Source: Octopus bimaculoides (taxonomy: Eukaryota). From it: a DNA stretch of 50,887 nucleotides. Position numbers and translations under genes: made by a program. The stretch is taken from positions 181,904,240 to 181,955,126 of the forward strand of contig NC_068981.1 of the NCBI RefSeq assembly GCF_001194135.2. The letters are read 5' to 3'. The notes under the pieces are model-generated. The model did not search any database and was not told the origin of the DNA. It saw only the letters and a list, made by a program, of their open reading frames with translations. Positions 1-10,937 of the stretch are shown in pieces; position 1 is the first letter of the stretch; each line of letters starts with the position of its first letter.

Positions 1-31
<31 letters not shown>

Positions 32-36
<5 letters not shown>

Positions 37-367
37 GATGTGTGGTGAATTCATGGAAAGAAGTCCAATAAAACTCATCAATTTAGTTAGAAATGGAGAA
101 AAGTTGTTAAAATATATGAGAATTTTAATTCATGCAGACGATCGTTCATTGTAAATTTCGTTTTCACTTCCTGCACTGAAGAGTACATTGATATATATAA
201 TTTAATTAATTTAATCTAATTCTATTCAATCATGAATTTTTATATCTCTGTACGAAATGATTGTCTGCATGAATTAAAATTCTCTTATATATTTTAATAA
301 CTTGTCTTCTCCATTTTTAACTAAGTTTTATTGGACTTCTTTCCATAAATTCACCACACATCATATA
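32..367. mobile_element. Foldback MITE with about 110-bp terminal inverted repeats
   Basis: tatatgatgtgtggtgaattcatggaaagaagtccaataaaact...aattttaattcatgcagac is mirrored by gtctgcatgaattaaaatt...agttttattggacttctttccataaattcaccacacatcatata; TA at both ends. Confidence 0.75.
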
Positions 368-513
368 CAAGTATTACTTTCATATCTTCGCAAATTTATG
401 CCTGTAAACTACCAGCAAAATTTGAAGAATCAACATTAGATATCTTTTTTGAAAACCTCCAAATTAAAGGACGAATCTACATTCAATCTTTTTACAGGCA
501 AATACATATATTT

Positions 514-661
514 ACATGAAGTTAAATATATGTCCGGTCATAGTGATCAATGGTTTTGCATCCCTTGGCCATTAGAGTCCAATGAGTCATCTATAGAATT
601 AAGTGCTTTATAGATTCAAAACCACTGGTCATTATGACCGGACACATATTTAACTTCATGT
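514..661. repeat. Short palindromic element, copy 1
   Basis: 49-nt outer arms with 5 mismatches (acatgaagttaaatat.tgtccggtcata.tga.ca.tggttttg.atc), inner hairpin atctata-gaattaagtgctt-tatagat. Confidence 0.8.
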
Positions 662-720
662 TACATTACTACTCTCTAATCTTTAGAGTGTGCTTCTTTT
701 TCAGATATATGATCCACTGA

Positions 721-722
<2 letters not shown>

Positions 723-800
<78 letters not shown>

Positions 801-815
801 ATAGACATACACACA
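723..815. repeat. (TA)n/(CA)n microsatellite (representative of dozens in the window)
   Basis: Directly visible; similar tracts near 1-36, 4160-4330, 10900-10935, 16200-16240, 27490-27552, 29878-29913, 31880-31950, 42894-42965, 50870-50887. Confidence 0.98.
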
Positions 816-2042
816 TGCAGGAAGTAAATAGATACCTCTAATTTTCAAAATCTTTTATTTAATATGCTTGAACAGTTGAAATGTAATCGATAGGTAGGAC
901 TACATCCTTTCGTATTTAGTTGACATTTCCTTTGCAGTTTTTAATTCAGAAACTCTTTTTGGCATTGAACTGATGAGCTTTGTGATTGTCTCTTGTGGAA
1001 TTTCTGCCCACTTTTCATGCAACAGTCGGAACAATTCATCTTTAGAGTTAGGTTTCTGTTGAGTTTTTTTGTATAGCTCTATCTAGCATGCTCCAAAGAT
1101 TTTCAATTGGGTTCATATCAGGAGATTGGCTCAGCCAAGGCAGCTTTTTGATCCCATTTTCACTTAGCCATTGTTGATTCCTTTTCGCTGTGTGGCATGG
1201 AGCTCCATCTTCCATGAATAATCGGAAGTAGTCCTTGCTTAAGTATTTCGATGTATTTTTCAGAGTTTATGGTTTCAACACATTCAATCAGCTCAGAACG
1301 ACCATTGCTGATGACAGCTCCCCATACCATTACAGAGAAACTGCCATGTTTCACAGTTGGTTGGAGTCGTTTCAAATCAAATTCTTGATTGGGAAGCCTC
1401 CAGACCCAAACACGTCCACTGTCTGAAGATAATGCAAATCTGGATTCATCTAAGAAAATCACTCTATCTCAAAATGAACTGGATTTTTCTGACATCTCCT
1501 TAGCCCATTTCTTTCTTTTCATTACATTAATTGGTTGAAGATGTTTTCTTTTAGCTACTCGTCCATAATACCCAAGCTTATGCAGATATGTAACACATGT
1601 TCTTGGACTAACTTCTAGCTGTTTTGCAATGTCAGAAGCCTTCAAACAGGGTTCGTTTTCCACAATTCTCTTCAAACAGCGAAGCTTCCTTTCCGAGGAC
1701 CCAGGTTGGCTGGGACGAGAATCTGTTGATTCTTTTCCTTGGCTTTTGAATTGCACTATAATTCTATTAACAGTAGCAAGAAGAATTTGAAGATTGTCGG
1801 CAATTTTTCGCTGGCTCAGACCAACCTCAGATTGCCCAACAATACGATTGTTTTGAAAATCTGACAGTTCTGCTGAATTTTTTTGTCCATGGCATGGTTA
1901 CTCTTCACAAATGTTTAATATGACACCTGGAATTAGAAAGAAAAATCACATTGTAAATTCTATACCACTAAAAACATTAAGACGCTTAGATCAGAAATTT
2001 TGAAAATTAAAGGTGTCTATTTACTTCCTGCATGTCTGTGTA
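808..2042 (-). mobile_element. Tc1-family DNA transposon, full-length with disrupted transposase
   Basis: About 40-bp TIRs catgcaggaagtaaataga(t/c)acct(c/t)taattttcaaaat at about 814-851 and 1997-2033, sitting in TA/CA repeats. Confidence 0.92.
900..1895 (-). pseudogene. Tc1 transposase (DD34E) with stops and frameshifts
   Basis: Fragments [24 protein letters not shown]; [14 protein letters not shown]; IFLDESRF; [14 protein letters not shown]; [12 protein letters not shown]...WLSQSPDMNPIENLW (34 residues between D and E); AKEMSTKY. Confidence 0.93.
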
Positions 2043-2688
2043 TATATAAAGTGTGTGTGTTTCACTCATGTTCACTGATATGTAGACAGCTTTCTGCTAG
2101 TGCCATTGGCTTGCAGTTCATTATGAAAAGATATCTGGTCTTCCTAACATGTCTTAACATGTTGTATGATCTTTGTAAACAACATCGTCCTTAAACAGTG
2201 CAGTTTGCTTTCAGTTAGCAATATAAAGCACGTCCAGTCTGTTAGCTGTTCAATTGGCTGGTGACAGTAAGTGCATCCAGTTGTAGAAAAACTCTGGCTC
2301 AACAATGACTTGCAGGCATTGGAAAAGCAGATGTTAAAATGATGTTTGCACGGGCAGTTAAGACAAAATGATTTACACATGGAGATTATCAGTTAGAGAA
2401 AGTTTACCCGTTAGTTTTGTGCTTCTAAGTATTCAGTCAAAAATGTTAACTGGATAACATACACGTCCACATTTGTTTAGGCCAAAAATATTTTGTTCTG
2501 AAGAGGAGGAGGAAAAAAAAAAAAAAACTAAATCCAGAACAAGCTCAATCATCTAGTTTCCAGTAATGATTTGCTGTTTAGACTCAGTATATGTAGTAAT
2601 TGAAAGCTTGATTGCATAATTTCCTAATTTATATTTTTGTAAATGAGCAGAATTTGTGTTTTAGTATTGTTAATTATTGTTTGGTTCC

Positions 2689-3540
2689 TTAACACTTTGC
2701 CTACCATTTAGCTCATTTTGTGCCATATTTTCTTATGCACCAACAATCTAATTTTGTTATAAATTATGCATTTTTTTAAAGTGTTTTTTTTTTCTAACCA
2801 TATATATGTTCTAGTTCATTATAGAAACCACCACATTGATTTACAGCATGGATATGACAAATGACTCCTGTGCTACACAATGAATATTATATTCATTTAG
2901 TACCACAAGAGTCACTAGTGATACATCATCATTTAACATCTGTTTTTTCCATGCCGGTATGGGTTGCACAGTTAAACAGAGCTGGCAAGGCCAGGAGCTA
3001 CACCAGGCTCCAATTATCTGCTTTGGCATGGTCTCTACAATTTGATGCCCTTCCTAATGCTAACCATTTTACAGTGTGTACTGGGTGCTTTTTATGTTAC
3101 TGGCACTGGTGCTTTGTCATGGCACCAGCACTGTGTTAAAATATCTATTATACCTCTGCTTATAGATTTTTCTTTGCATTTATTTTTTTCTACAAGTTAT
3201 ATTTCAGATTATATTATATAAGCTTTAATGGTTTCTTTTGCACAAAAGGTTATTTTAACAAGGACAATGGCTCCAATGACTGCAATGACAGTAACTTGTA
3301 TCCTTACCTGGTCTCGTCTTTGCTTTCTGTTAATTCAAATTGAAAAGCGTCTGAGAAATACAAAGAAATGTGTCCTATATACTTCCCAAAATTCGAATAT
3401 TATAGTTTGAACCACAGTAATGTGAGGCACCATAAAAAAGACAAAAACTATCACCCCTGGGCGTCACCAGCGACTCCCACAGTATATTAAAAACATAAAA
3501 TGGGCATCACTGGTGATGGCCATGGTAGGCAAAGTGTTAA
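2689..3540. mobile_element. piggyBac-like MITE (TTAA flanks, 14-bp perfect TIR) with an inserted SINE
   Basis: ttaa-cactttgcctacca (2689-2706) and tggtaggcaaagtg-ttaa (3523-3540). Confidence 0.75.
2924..3133 (-). mobile_element. SINE family C ((GAT)n tail), degenerate copy
   Basis: catcatcatttaacatctg...gatgcccttcctaatgctaaccattttacagtgt matches the copy at 3918-4113. Confidence 0.8.
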
Positions 3541-3917
3541 ACTCTGCAGTAGCTTCCTCTGTTCTGGTGCATGCCAACCCTGCTCTTTTCCCCTTTTCTG
3601 ACATGCTGCTTCTACTGTTGCATTAATTTACCTTATTCTGGTGCCCCACCTCTGCATTATTATTTGTTACATCATCCTGTTATACAAGTAAAATAGGATT
3701 AAGACCTTCTTACATGATGTAGTTAATTAATCATATTGTTAATTAACCTAAAACTTTCAGTATCTTGACAATGATCTTTTCAGGCTTTGTTGCTCTAGTT
3801 TCTCATTTCTGTCTTTGCCTCTCTTTTGCCAGCTCAGCTGGAGTTTATGAATGGAACGTCTTATTTTTGTTTTTGTTTTTTAACGTAATTCCCTACTCTT
3901 TTTTTTCTTATCTATAA

Positions 3918-4113
3918 TGCTGCCAGTACCGCCTGACTGGCCTTTGTGCCGGTGGCATATAAAAAGCACCCACTACACTCTCGGAGTGGTTGGCGTTAGG
4001 AAGGGCATCCAGCTGTAGAAACTCTGCCAAATCAGATTGGAGCCTGGTGTTGCCATCTGGTTTCACCAGTCCTCAGTCAAATCGTCCAACCCCAAACGAT
4101 GATGATGATGATG
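3918..4113 (+). mobile_element. SINE family C, young copy with (GAT)n tail
   Basis: aaaagcacccactacactctcggagtggttggcgttaggaagggcatccagctgtagaaactctgcc...aaacgatgatgatg; nearly identical segments at 7690-7856, 26004-26300 and 29762-29876. Confidence 0.88.
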
Positions 4114-4759
4114 AATGTATTGCTTATTTGTTTTCTTTACCACTATTATATCAATGTTTTGTGTGTGTGTGTGTGTATATATATATACATACAGAGGCAA
4201 ACGCACACACGTACACAGCAACGCACATATACACAACATACACATACACACAAACACACACGCACGCACGTACAAAAACATGCACATAAACACACGCACA
4301 CGTACAAAATACACACACACACACACATGTNNNNNNNNNNNNNNNNNNNNNNNNNNNNNNNNNNNNNNNNNNNNNNNNNNNNNNNNNNNNNNNNNNNNNN
4401 NNNNNNNNNNNNNNNNNNNNNNNNNNNNNNNNNNNNNNNNNNNNNNNNNNNNNNNNNNNNNNNNNNNNNNNNNNNNNNNNNNNNNNNNNNNNNNNNNNNN
4501 NNNNNNNNNNNNNNNNNNNNNNNNNNNNNNNNNNNNNNNNNNNNNNNNNNNNNNNNNNNNNNNNNNNNNNNNNNNNNNNNNNNNNNNNNNNNNNNNNNNN
4601 NNNNNNNNNNNNNNNNNNNNNNNNNNNNNNNNNNNNNNNNNNNNNNNNNNNNNNNNNNNNNNNNNNNNNNNNNNNNNNNNNNNNNNNNNNNNNNNNNNNN
4701 NNNACACACACACTTGCAGACTCTCGCACACGCACAGATATTCACCTCCCTTTTTCACT

Positions 4760-4990
4760 CTCCTGTCTTAGAAAGAACTTTTCCTCCACCACCTCCTCTT
4801 CCGGTCCTTCCACAATGTAACCTCGTGGGCATCGGTACCGATTTTCTCTTCCTCCGTTTTTCCATTCTTTGAACTTTCCGTCTTTCTGACGAAGGGCTCC
4901 ACCCAAAATGTCATACTCTCTCTCTTTCCTTTCCCGAGCATCCAATAACACTATCCGTATCACGTCCTCACTTTGTTGTTTTTTGTTATT
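4760..4990 (+). mobile_element. Penelope-like element 3' fragment
   Basis: ctgacgaagggctccacccaaaatgtca resembles the PLE ctgacgaag...ccgaaacgtc tail; upstream frame ends ...GIGTDFLF, weakly like a GIY-YIG C-terminus. Confidence 0.45.
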
Positions 4991-6386
4991 GTTTTTTGTG
5001 TTTTTTTTAACTATATATATATAATATATAATATATACCTTCATTCCAGCTACATGATATCCAATTGTCTTGCCCTCTGTTGAAGTACGCATCCCTTAAG
5101 AATTGGTAAATAGAAGCTAGTCATCATGGGATGGTTGGGGAGGTTCTTTTAGCTCCCACAGCTTTCTCCTGCTGTTAAATAGCTTTCTTGTATCTTTTAT
5201 TTTCAAAGCTTAGGGACACGTACTAAGGCACATCAAGTCAATCAAGGAGTTTCTACTGTTACTCAACCTGTTAGAACTAGCAGCTAAGTCTTTTCAAATC
5301 ACACTCGCTGCTTTAGAAAAGGGTACATTGGATCATGTGGTTCTTGAAACACTGGCCAAAGAGGAGGCACTGGTGAAGGTGGGGCTGGAATGCCTTTGAT
5401 CATTCACCCATTTGACTGGATTTGATCTAGAGCTTAGCAACTATGACAGACATCTTTTCATCTCGGATTACTTTTAATATTTCATCTAATATATAACATA
5501 TATAGGTACATGTTTGTTTTACATCCAGATGATCTTCATGGTTCCAGCCTTTTTCATAGCTTCCAACAGCATACAAGGATACAGTTGTGTTAAAATAAAA
5601 AGTACCAACACCACAACTATTTTTTAATAAACACATTATGAAATCCTATACAATATACTTAATAAACATATTTAGTCTTGGTGTGAAAATACTCTATAAA
5701 CAGGTCACAAAATTTTCAATATTTAAGAGTGAGAGACTGGCTGGCATGTGTTCTATCTTCTCAAGGCTCATTGGTGGTCACTCACCTCACCTCTCAGCTA
5801 CTAAAGTTACAAAGAATAAAATCTTGTGTAAAATATAAGATGTTACTGGTGCAATGTCCTTTATATGTTGCAAATCTGACAGACAAGATTTATAAATACA
5901 TCAGACCAAATGAATGTTTATCAAACATTCTTTACATGATTTCAAGTACACATATATTCAAAACAGCTCTCTACTGGTGTTTTTGTTTATAAGACCTTGG
6001 TAATTTAGATGCTGAGAATTTGGAGTCTTAAGAATACAAAACACATATCAGCTGATTCTCCACTCTTAGCTATTTAAGATCCTGTGACCTGCTTGAAGAA
6101 TGTTTCACCAGAAGACTAAATATATATATATATATGGGGTTGATGTGCTAACTAAAATCTTTGTAGGTGGTGCCTCGTGTTTGGCTGACTGTGGCCAATA
6201 ATTGAAACCAGTGAAAGAACATTCCAGTGAATACTTGATTGAAGAAAATATCCCAAAATCAGATATTTTATCAATCTTTTTCACTACCTGGAACCATTTT
6301 GCTTGATATCCATTCTTAATAGCATATCATATAGAATAGTTAGAAATATACATGAAATAGCCAACATTATCTGAGTTTGAAATATT

Positions 6387-6570
6387 TCATCATCATCTGC
6401 ATTTAATGCTGGTGCTCCATACTGGCATGTGTTAGATGGTTTGACCGGGACGGGTAAGCTGGAGAGCTGCACCAGGCTCCAATTGTCTGTTTTGGCTTGT
6501 TTTCTATGGCTGGATGCCCTTCCTAGCACCAACCACTTTACAGAGTGTACTGGGTGTTTTTTACACGTTA
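6387..6570 (-). mobile_element. SINE family C, degenerate copy
   Basis: catcatcatc...gctggatgcccttcctagcaccaaccactttacagagtgtactggg. Confidence 0.8.
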
Positions 6571-6602
6571 CCAAAACTGTTTCAGAGTTTCCCTGTTTAG
6601 CT

Positions 6603-6855
6603 TTAACCCCATAACATCGGTTGACGTAAATTTACATGTGCTGTGTAATCGCTTTGAATCAGATGATGAAGATATACGCATCCCTATCTGCTGCGGTTTT
6701 GTACTTGTGTGTGTACCAATTGATATAAATATTTGCTACCACTCACGGAATTGATAATAGAGACCACTGTGTAAATTTCAAGAAATGATTACCAAGACAA
6801 TTACCATCAGTGCAACTTAGTTGCCTGATAAAAAAAGTCTTTGTCATGGGGTTAA
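6603..6855. mobile_element. piggyBac-like MITE
   Basis: ttaa-ccccataac ... gtcatgggg-ttaa (1 mismatch). Confidence 0.6.
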
Positions 6856-6859
6856 GATT

Positions 6860-8490
6860 TTCATATCACTTTATCTTTAGAAGCTTGATGAGATGGGGAA
6901 GAAGTTCAGAGAATGATAGATATGATGGGCATGCAAAAGTGGCAGCATGAGGAGGTTACAAAGAAAGAGGTAGCAAAAGGTATGAAGACACAGGAGAAAA
7001 TGTTTGGAGAATGTATGGTTTCAGATTAGGATTGGTGAGAAGTGCTTAAGATTGCAAAGGAACTAGCAGAAGAGAGATGCGATGTGACAAGGATGAGCTG
7101 CTTGAGAGATGAAACAGGAAAAATTGTGGACCCAGATAAAATTAAGGGAAGGTGGATGAAATATATATAGATTGTTTGTAGAGAATGAATTGGATGACAA
7201 CATAGATAGGAATCCAGTTCTAGAACTGGTAGAAGTAATGACTGAGAAAGATGTTGAAGTGTAGAAAAGTAAGAGACCCAATAGAAGTTATGTGAGATCT
7301 GGTAAAGGCTGTAGGAGAGGGAAGAAAATATCCAAGAAGTGTTGTTTGGGGGTAAAAGAAGACCATATTCCAGTTGATTGCGAGTTGAGTGCTCATTCCT
7401 CTGTACAGGAGAAAAGGCTATCTCTTGGACTATGGCTATAGGTAGAACAAGTTATTGGATCATAGAATATGTTCCAATAACATGCAGAAGAGTATTAGAG
7501 AAGAAAATAAGGAAGAAAGTGAAGATCAGTGAAATAAAATTTGGATAATTCTGAGAAGACATTCTTTTGTGTAAGGTACAAGGACATTGGGAAAAGTTGT
7601 TTTGGGTTTGTTGATCTGGAGAAAAGTTTCAGTAGGGTTCCACAATGATAGAATTAGGAGTAGATAAATGGTTGATTAATGATGTTGCTATCATCACCAT
7701 CATCATCATCGTTTAACATCCGCTTTCCATGCTAGCATGGGTTGGATGACTTGACTGAGGACTGGTGAAACCGGATGGCAACACCAGGCTCCAATCTAAA
7801 TTTGGCAGAGTTTCTACAGCTGGATGCCCTTCCTAATGCCAACCACTCAGAGAGTGTATGAGAGAATATTCACACAATCCCAAAGATGAAAGATGAGATC
7901 AATGAGTTTGAAGTGAAGTTCAGAGTACACTAGGGGGTCAGTATTAAGCATGCTACTAATTGCTGCCATGATGGTGGGGGGTGGAGGGGTATGAAAATCA
8001 TGTGTTAATGAAGATGGTGGAGATGGTTCTTCTGAAACTGAAGGGAAAGTGTGTGCTGAATGTGTGAAAAGTGCTAGGATTTATGGGAGTGAGACATGAG
8101 TAGTGAATGTAGATCAACCGAGAAGACTGGAAAGAACGGAAATGAGAATGGTTTGATGGATAAGTGGAGTGTTGCTGATGGAAAGGAAGGCAATGATTTG
8201 CAGAGTGTAATGGAACAGAGCCTGTGTGAAGAGAAATGAGATGAAATAGTTTGGTCATGTCCTGCGGAAGTATAAGAGTAACTGACTGAGAGAAGTGATG
8301 GAAATGATTGTGGGAGAAAATAGAGGAAACGGAAAACCTGGAAATATCTGGCTGAAGATGATGGAAGAAATGAGGGCAAGTGGAGTAATGAGGTTGGGGA
8401 ATAGAAGACTAGGTAAATGGAGGAGACTATCATGGGACCTGTGAGGTTAGCTTCTGCTTTAGGCAGGAAATAGCCTTAAAATGCTGGTTA
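6860..8490 (+). mobile_element. RTE-clade LINE 3' fragment (RT and C-terminus), degenerate, interrupted by a SINE
   Basis: Residual peptides VLEKKIRKKVKISEI, FVDLEKSFSRVP, LKLKGKV..CVKSARIYGSET, RLERTEMRMV, FGHVLRK, RGNGKPGNIW. Confidence 0.8.
7690..7856 (-). mobile_element. SINE family C, young copy inserted in RTE
   Basis: catcatcatcgtttaacatccgctttccatgctagcatgggttgg...aaccactcagagagtgt. Confidence 0.85.
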
Positions 8491-8599
8491 TTGTTATCTC
8501 TAACAGCTTGGATGATTCTTGAAAATAAATCAGGATATTGTCAATCATTCAATTGAATCATTTACTGGGTTTGCTATGAAATAACAAATATTCCTAAGT

Positions 8600-8870
8600 G
8601 GTGAGGTCTGAAATGACACATTAAGTGGTAAGCTGTACCTACTTAGCATGCATACTTAGAGAAGCCAATGAGAAAGCTTCAATATGATTGCTTGACCTGT
8701 TAGAAGTAGCTACCAAATCTTCAAATCAGTCCTTTTCATCTTAAATCATATTACATTGGACAATACAGTCCCAGATGAAATAAGGATATACTAACAAAGT
8801 TGGGATGGACACATCTGGAATTGGAAGTCCACCAATCAGGGCTGACCTGAGTCAAACCAACAACAACACA
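8600..8870 (+). mobile_element. Dispersed repeat family D with (CAA)n tail
   Basis: gcttgacctgttagaagtagc..caaatc...atcagggctgacctgagtcaaaccaacaacaac; related segments at about 5260-5430 (+) and 25650-25825 (-). Confidence 0.55.
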
Positions 8871-9074
8871 AATAGTTTAACTCCTATTAACACAGAGACA
8901 TATTGGATTGGATTGCCCATGTTCAGTCCACTGTAGGATGAAAGCTTTGGCATGTCCTTTCCACCGGCCATGATCTGATGTGGAGGCTGTGAATTTAAGC
9001 TTGAGATCATACTGGTTTGATGAGCCTGATCTGCCACACTGGCTTGACATGGCTTGGCAGAGGGGTACAGTTTT

Positions 9075-9265
9075 TATACTCTTACCGAAGACTAGTTAAG
9101 TTGATTACATTGACCTCAGTGCTCAACTGGTACTTATTTCATTGACTCTGAAAGGATGAAAGGCAAAGTTGATCTCGACAGAATTTGAACTCAAAACATA
9201 AGGTTGGATGAAATACTGCTAAACATTTTTCCCAGCATGCTAATGATTCTGTCAGCCCACCTCCT
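9075..9265 (-). mobile_element. SINE family B
   Basis: Reverse complement of gctggcagaatcattagc...ttctgagttcaaattctg..gaggtcgactttgcctttcatcc...aataagtaccagt. Confidence 0.75.
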
Positions 9266-9888
9266 TAGCAATGATAATGCGAAGTAAATCCTTAATCCTG
9301 TATCTAATAATCTGATTTCGAATGAAGTTGCCTAGTTATAATTAAAACAGGATGATACTGTAAAATTTCACCAAACCACTAAAAGTTGAAAAGATACTAC
9401 ATAAGAAACAAAAAAAATAGCAGTAGAACCTTTATAATATAGATGCTATCCAACAAATGGAATTGGCATATTTAAATATAGAAATCCCATATACATTAAG
9501 TAAAAGTCTCCAAAGAATTTGTTTACCTGTAAAACCTATTTCCTAGTGGATAGGATCATGAAATGGTAGATTTGTTTGAGCATCAGACAAAATACTTTCT
9601 GATATTTATTCTGGCTCTTTACATCCCGAGTTCAAATCTTGCTGAGGTCACTTTTGTCTTTCGCCCTTTCTGGGTTGGTAAAAATAAATTTACCAGTCAA
9701 GCACTGAAGTCGATAGTATCATCTAATCTCCTTCTTCAAATTTCAGGCTTTGTGCCTATGCTACTGTCATGTTGGTGGTGGTGGTGGTGTTGTTGTTGTT
9801 TGCTGTGGTAGCTGGTTGAGTTGATGAATGAAAATGTTTCTTCAGCTGCATGAAGAAGTAACTGAACAACACCCGTGAGCATTTAACG

Positions 9889-10457
9889 CAATAGTTCTCA
9901 CTGGGGGTCCATATAATATTTTGCTGTTAAAATTTATGTGCAATAAATTGGTTATACTTCTGCAGGAGTGACTGTGTGGTAAATAGCTTGCTTACCAACC
10001 ACATGGTTCCGCGTTCAGTCCCACTGCGTGGCACCTTGGGCAAGTGGATTTGGTAGACGGAAACTGAAAGAAGCCTGTCGTATATATGTATATATATATA
10101 TATATAGTGTGTGTGTATGTGTGTTTGTGCTTGTCCCCCCACCATCGCTTGACAACCGATACTGGTGTGTTTACGTCCCCGTAACTTAGCAGTTTGGCAA
10201 AAAGAGACCAATAGAATAAGTACTAGGCTTACAAAGAATAAGTCCTGGGTCGATTTTCTCGACTAAAGGCGGTGCTCCAGCATGGCCACAGTCAAATGAC
10301 TGAAACGAGTAAATTAATTTTTTTTTTTATATAATTCCTAACTATATTTAATTATAAAAATGACAGGATTTTTTAAACATCAAATGGCCACGAGGGTCCA
10401 CGAGAGCAAAACAGGAATCAGAGGGGTCCATAAGTAAAAAATAGTTGAGACCCACTG
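9889..10457. mobile_element. hAT-type MITE with 8-bp target-site duplication, carrying a nested SINE
   Basis: Ends caatagttctca... and ...ttgagacccactg; flanks atttaacg (9881-9888) and atttaaca (10458-10465), a 7/8 match. Confidence 0.75.
9961..10310 (+). mobile_element. SINE family A (tRNA-like head, internal microsatellite, 3' body), near full length
   Basis: gcaggagtgactgtgtggtaaatagc..gttcagtcccactgcgtggcaccttgggcaagt..gtagacggaaactgaaagaagcc-(TA)n(TG)n-..gacaaccgatactggtgtgtttacgtccccg..aatgactgaaac. Confidence 0.85.
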
Positions 10458-10897
10458 ATTTAACAGAAGGTTTTGTTATTACACATAAAAACGAACTGTG
10501 TTGTCCTTTTACAGATAACAGCAATGATTACATACTGAGAGAGAGAGAGATACTGCTTGGAGTATACGGTTAGCTATTGGATATGGCAACATGCGGCTTG
10601 CCTAACATAAATGGAAGCAGTTGTGCTATATTTGTGGGAACAGAGGTTCCTGTCATTTTTCTGTGCCATCTGTCATAGCCACCTTCCTGGACCATCAGGC
10701 TCCTAAAGATGTGTGCTGAATGGTTTTTATACAGAGCCAGATGTCAAATTCTAGAATGTTCCAGAAAACCAGTCATGTGAAACTATAGTGGTTTGCTTGT
10801 GATGTCTGATTGTGTATCCATGGGGTTCAGTTTTGAATCACTGCTGCTACACTAGTGACAATGGGTGGTGGGTTGGCAGAATTGTCAGATTATCAGA

Positions 10898-10937
<40 letters not shown>

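Noticed and set aside
1235-1426. 63-aa plus-strand ORF
   Set aside because: Antisense shadow of the Tc1 transposase
5638-5838. SLGVK-containing ORF as the missing CerS exon 2
   Set aside because: No similarity beyond 4-5 residues and no credible donor
6070-6135. LLEECFTR resembling the CerS ILEKVFT segment
   Set aside because: Runs into a (TA)n tract, has no donor and lacks the upstream motif
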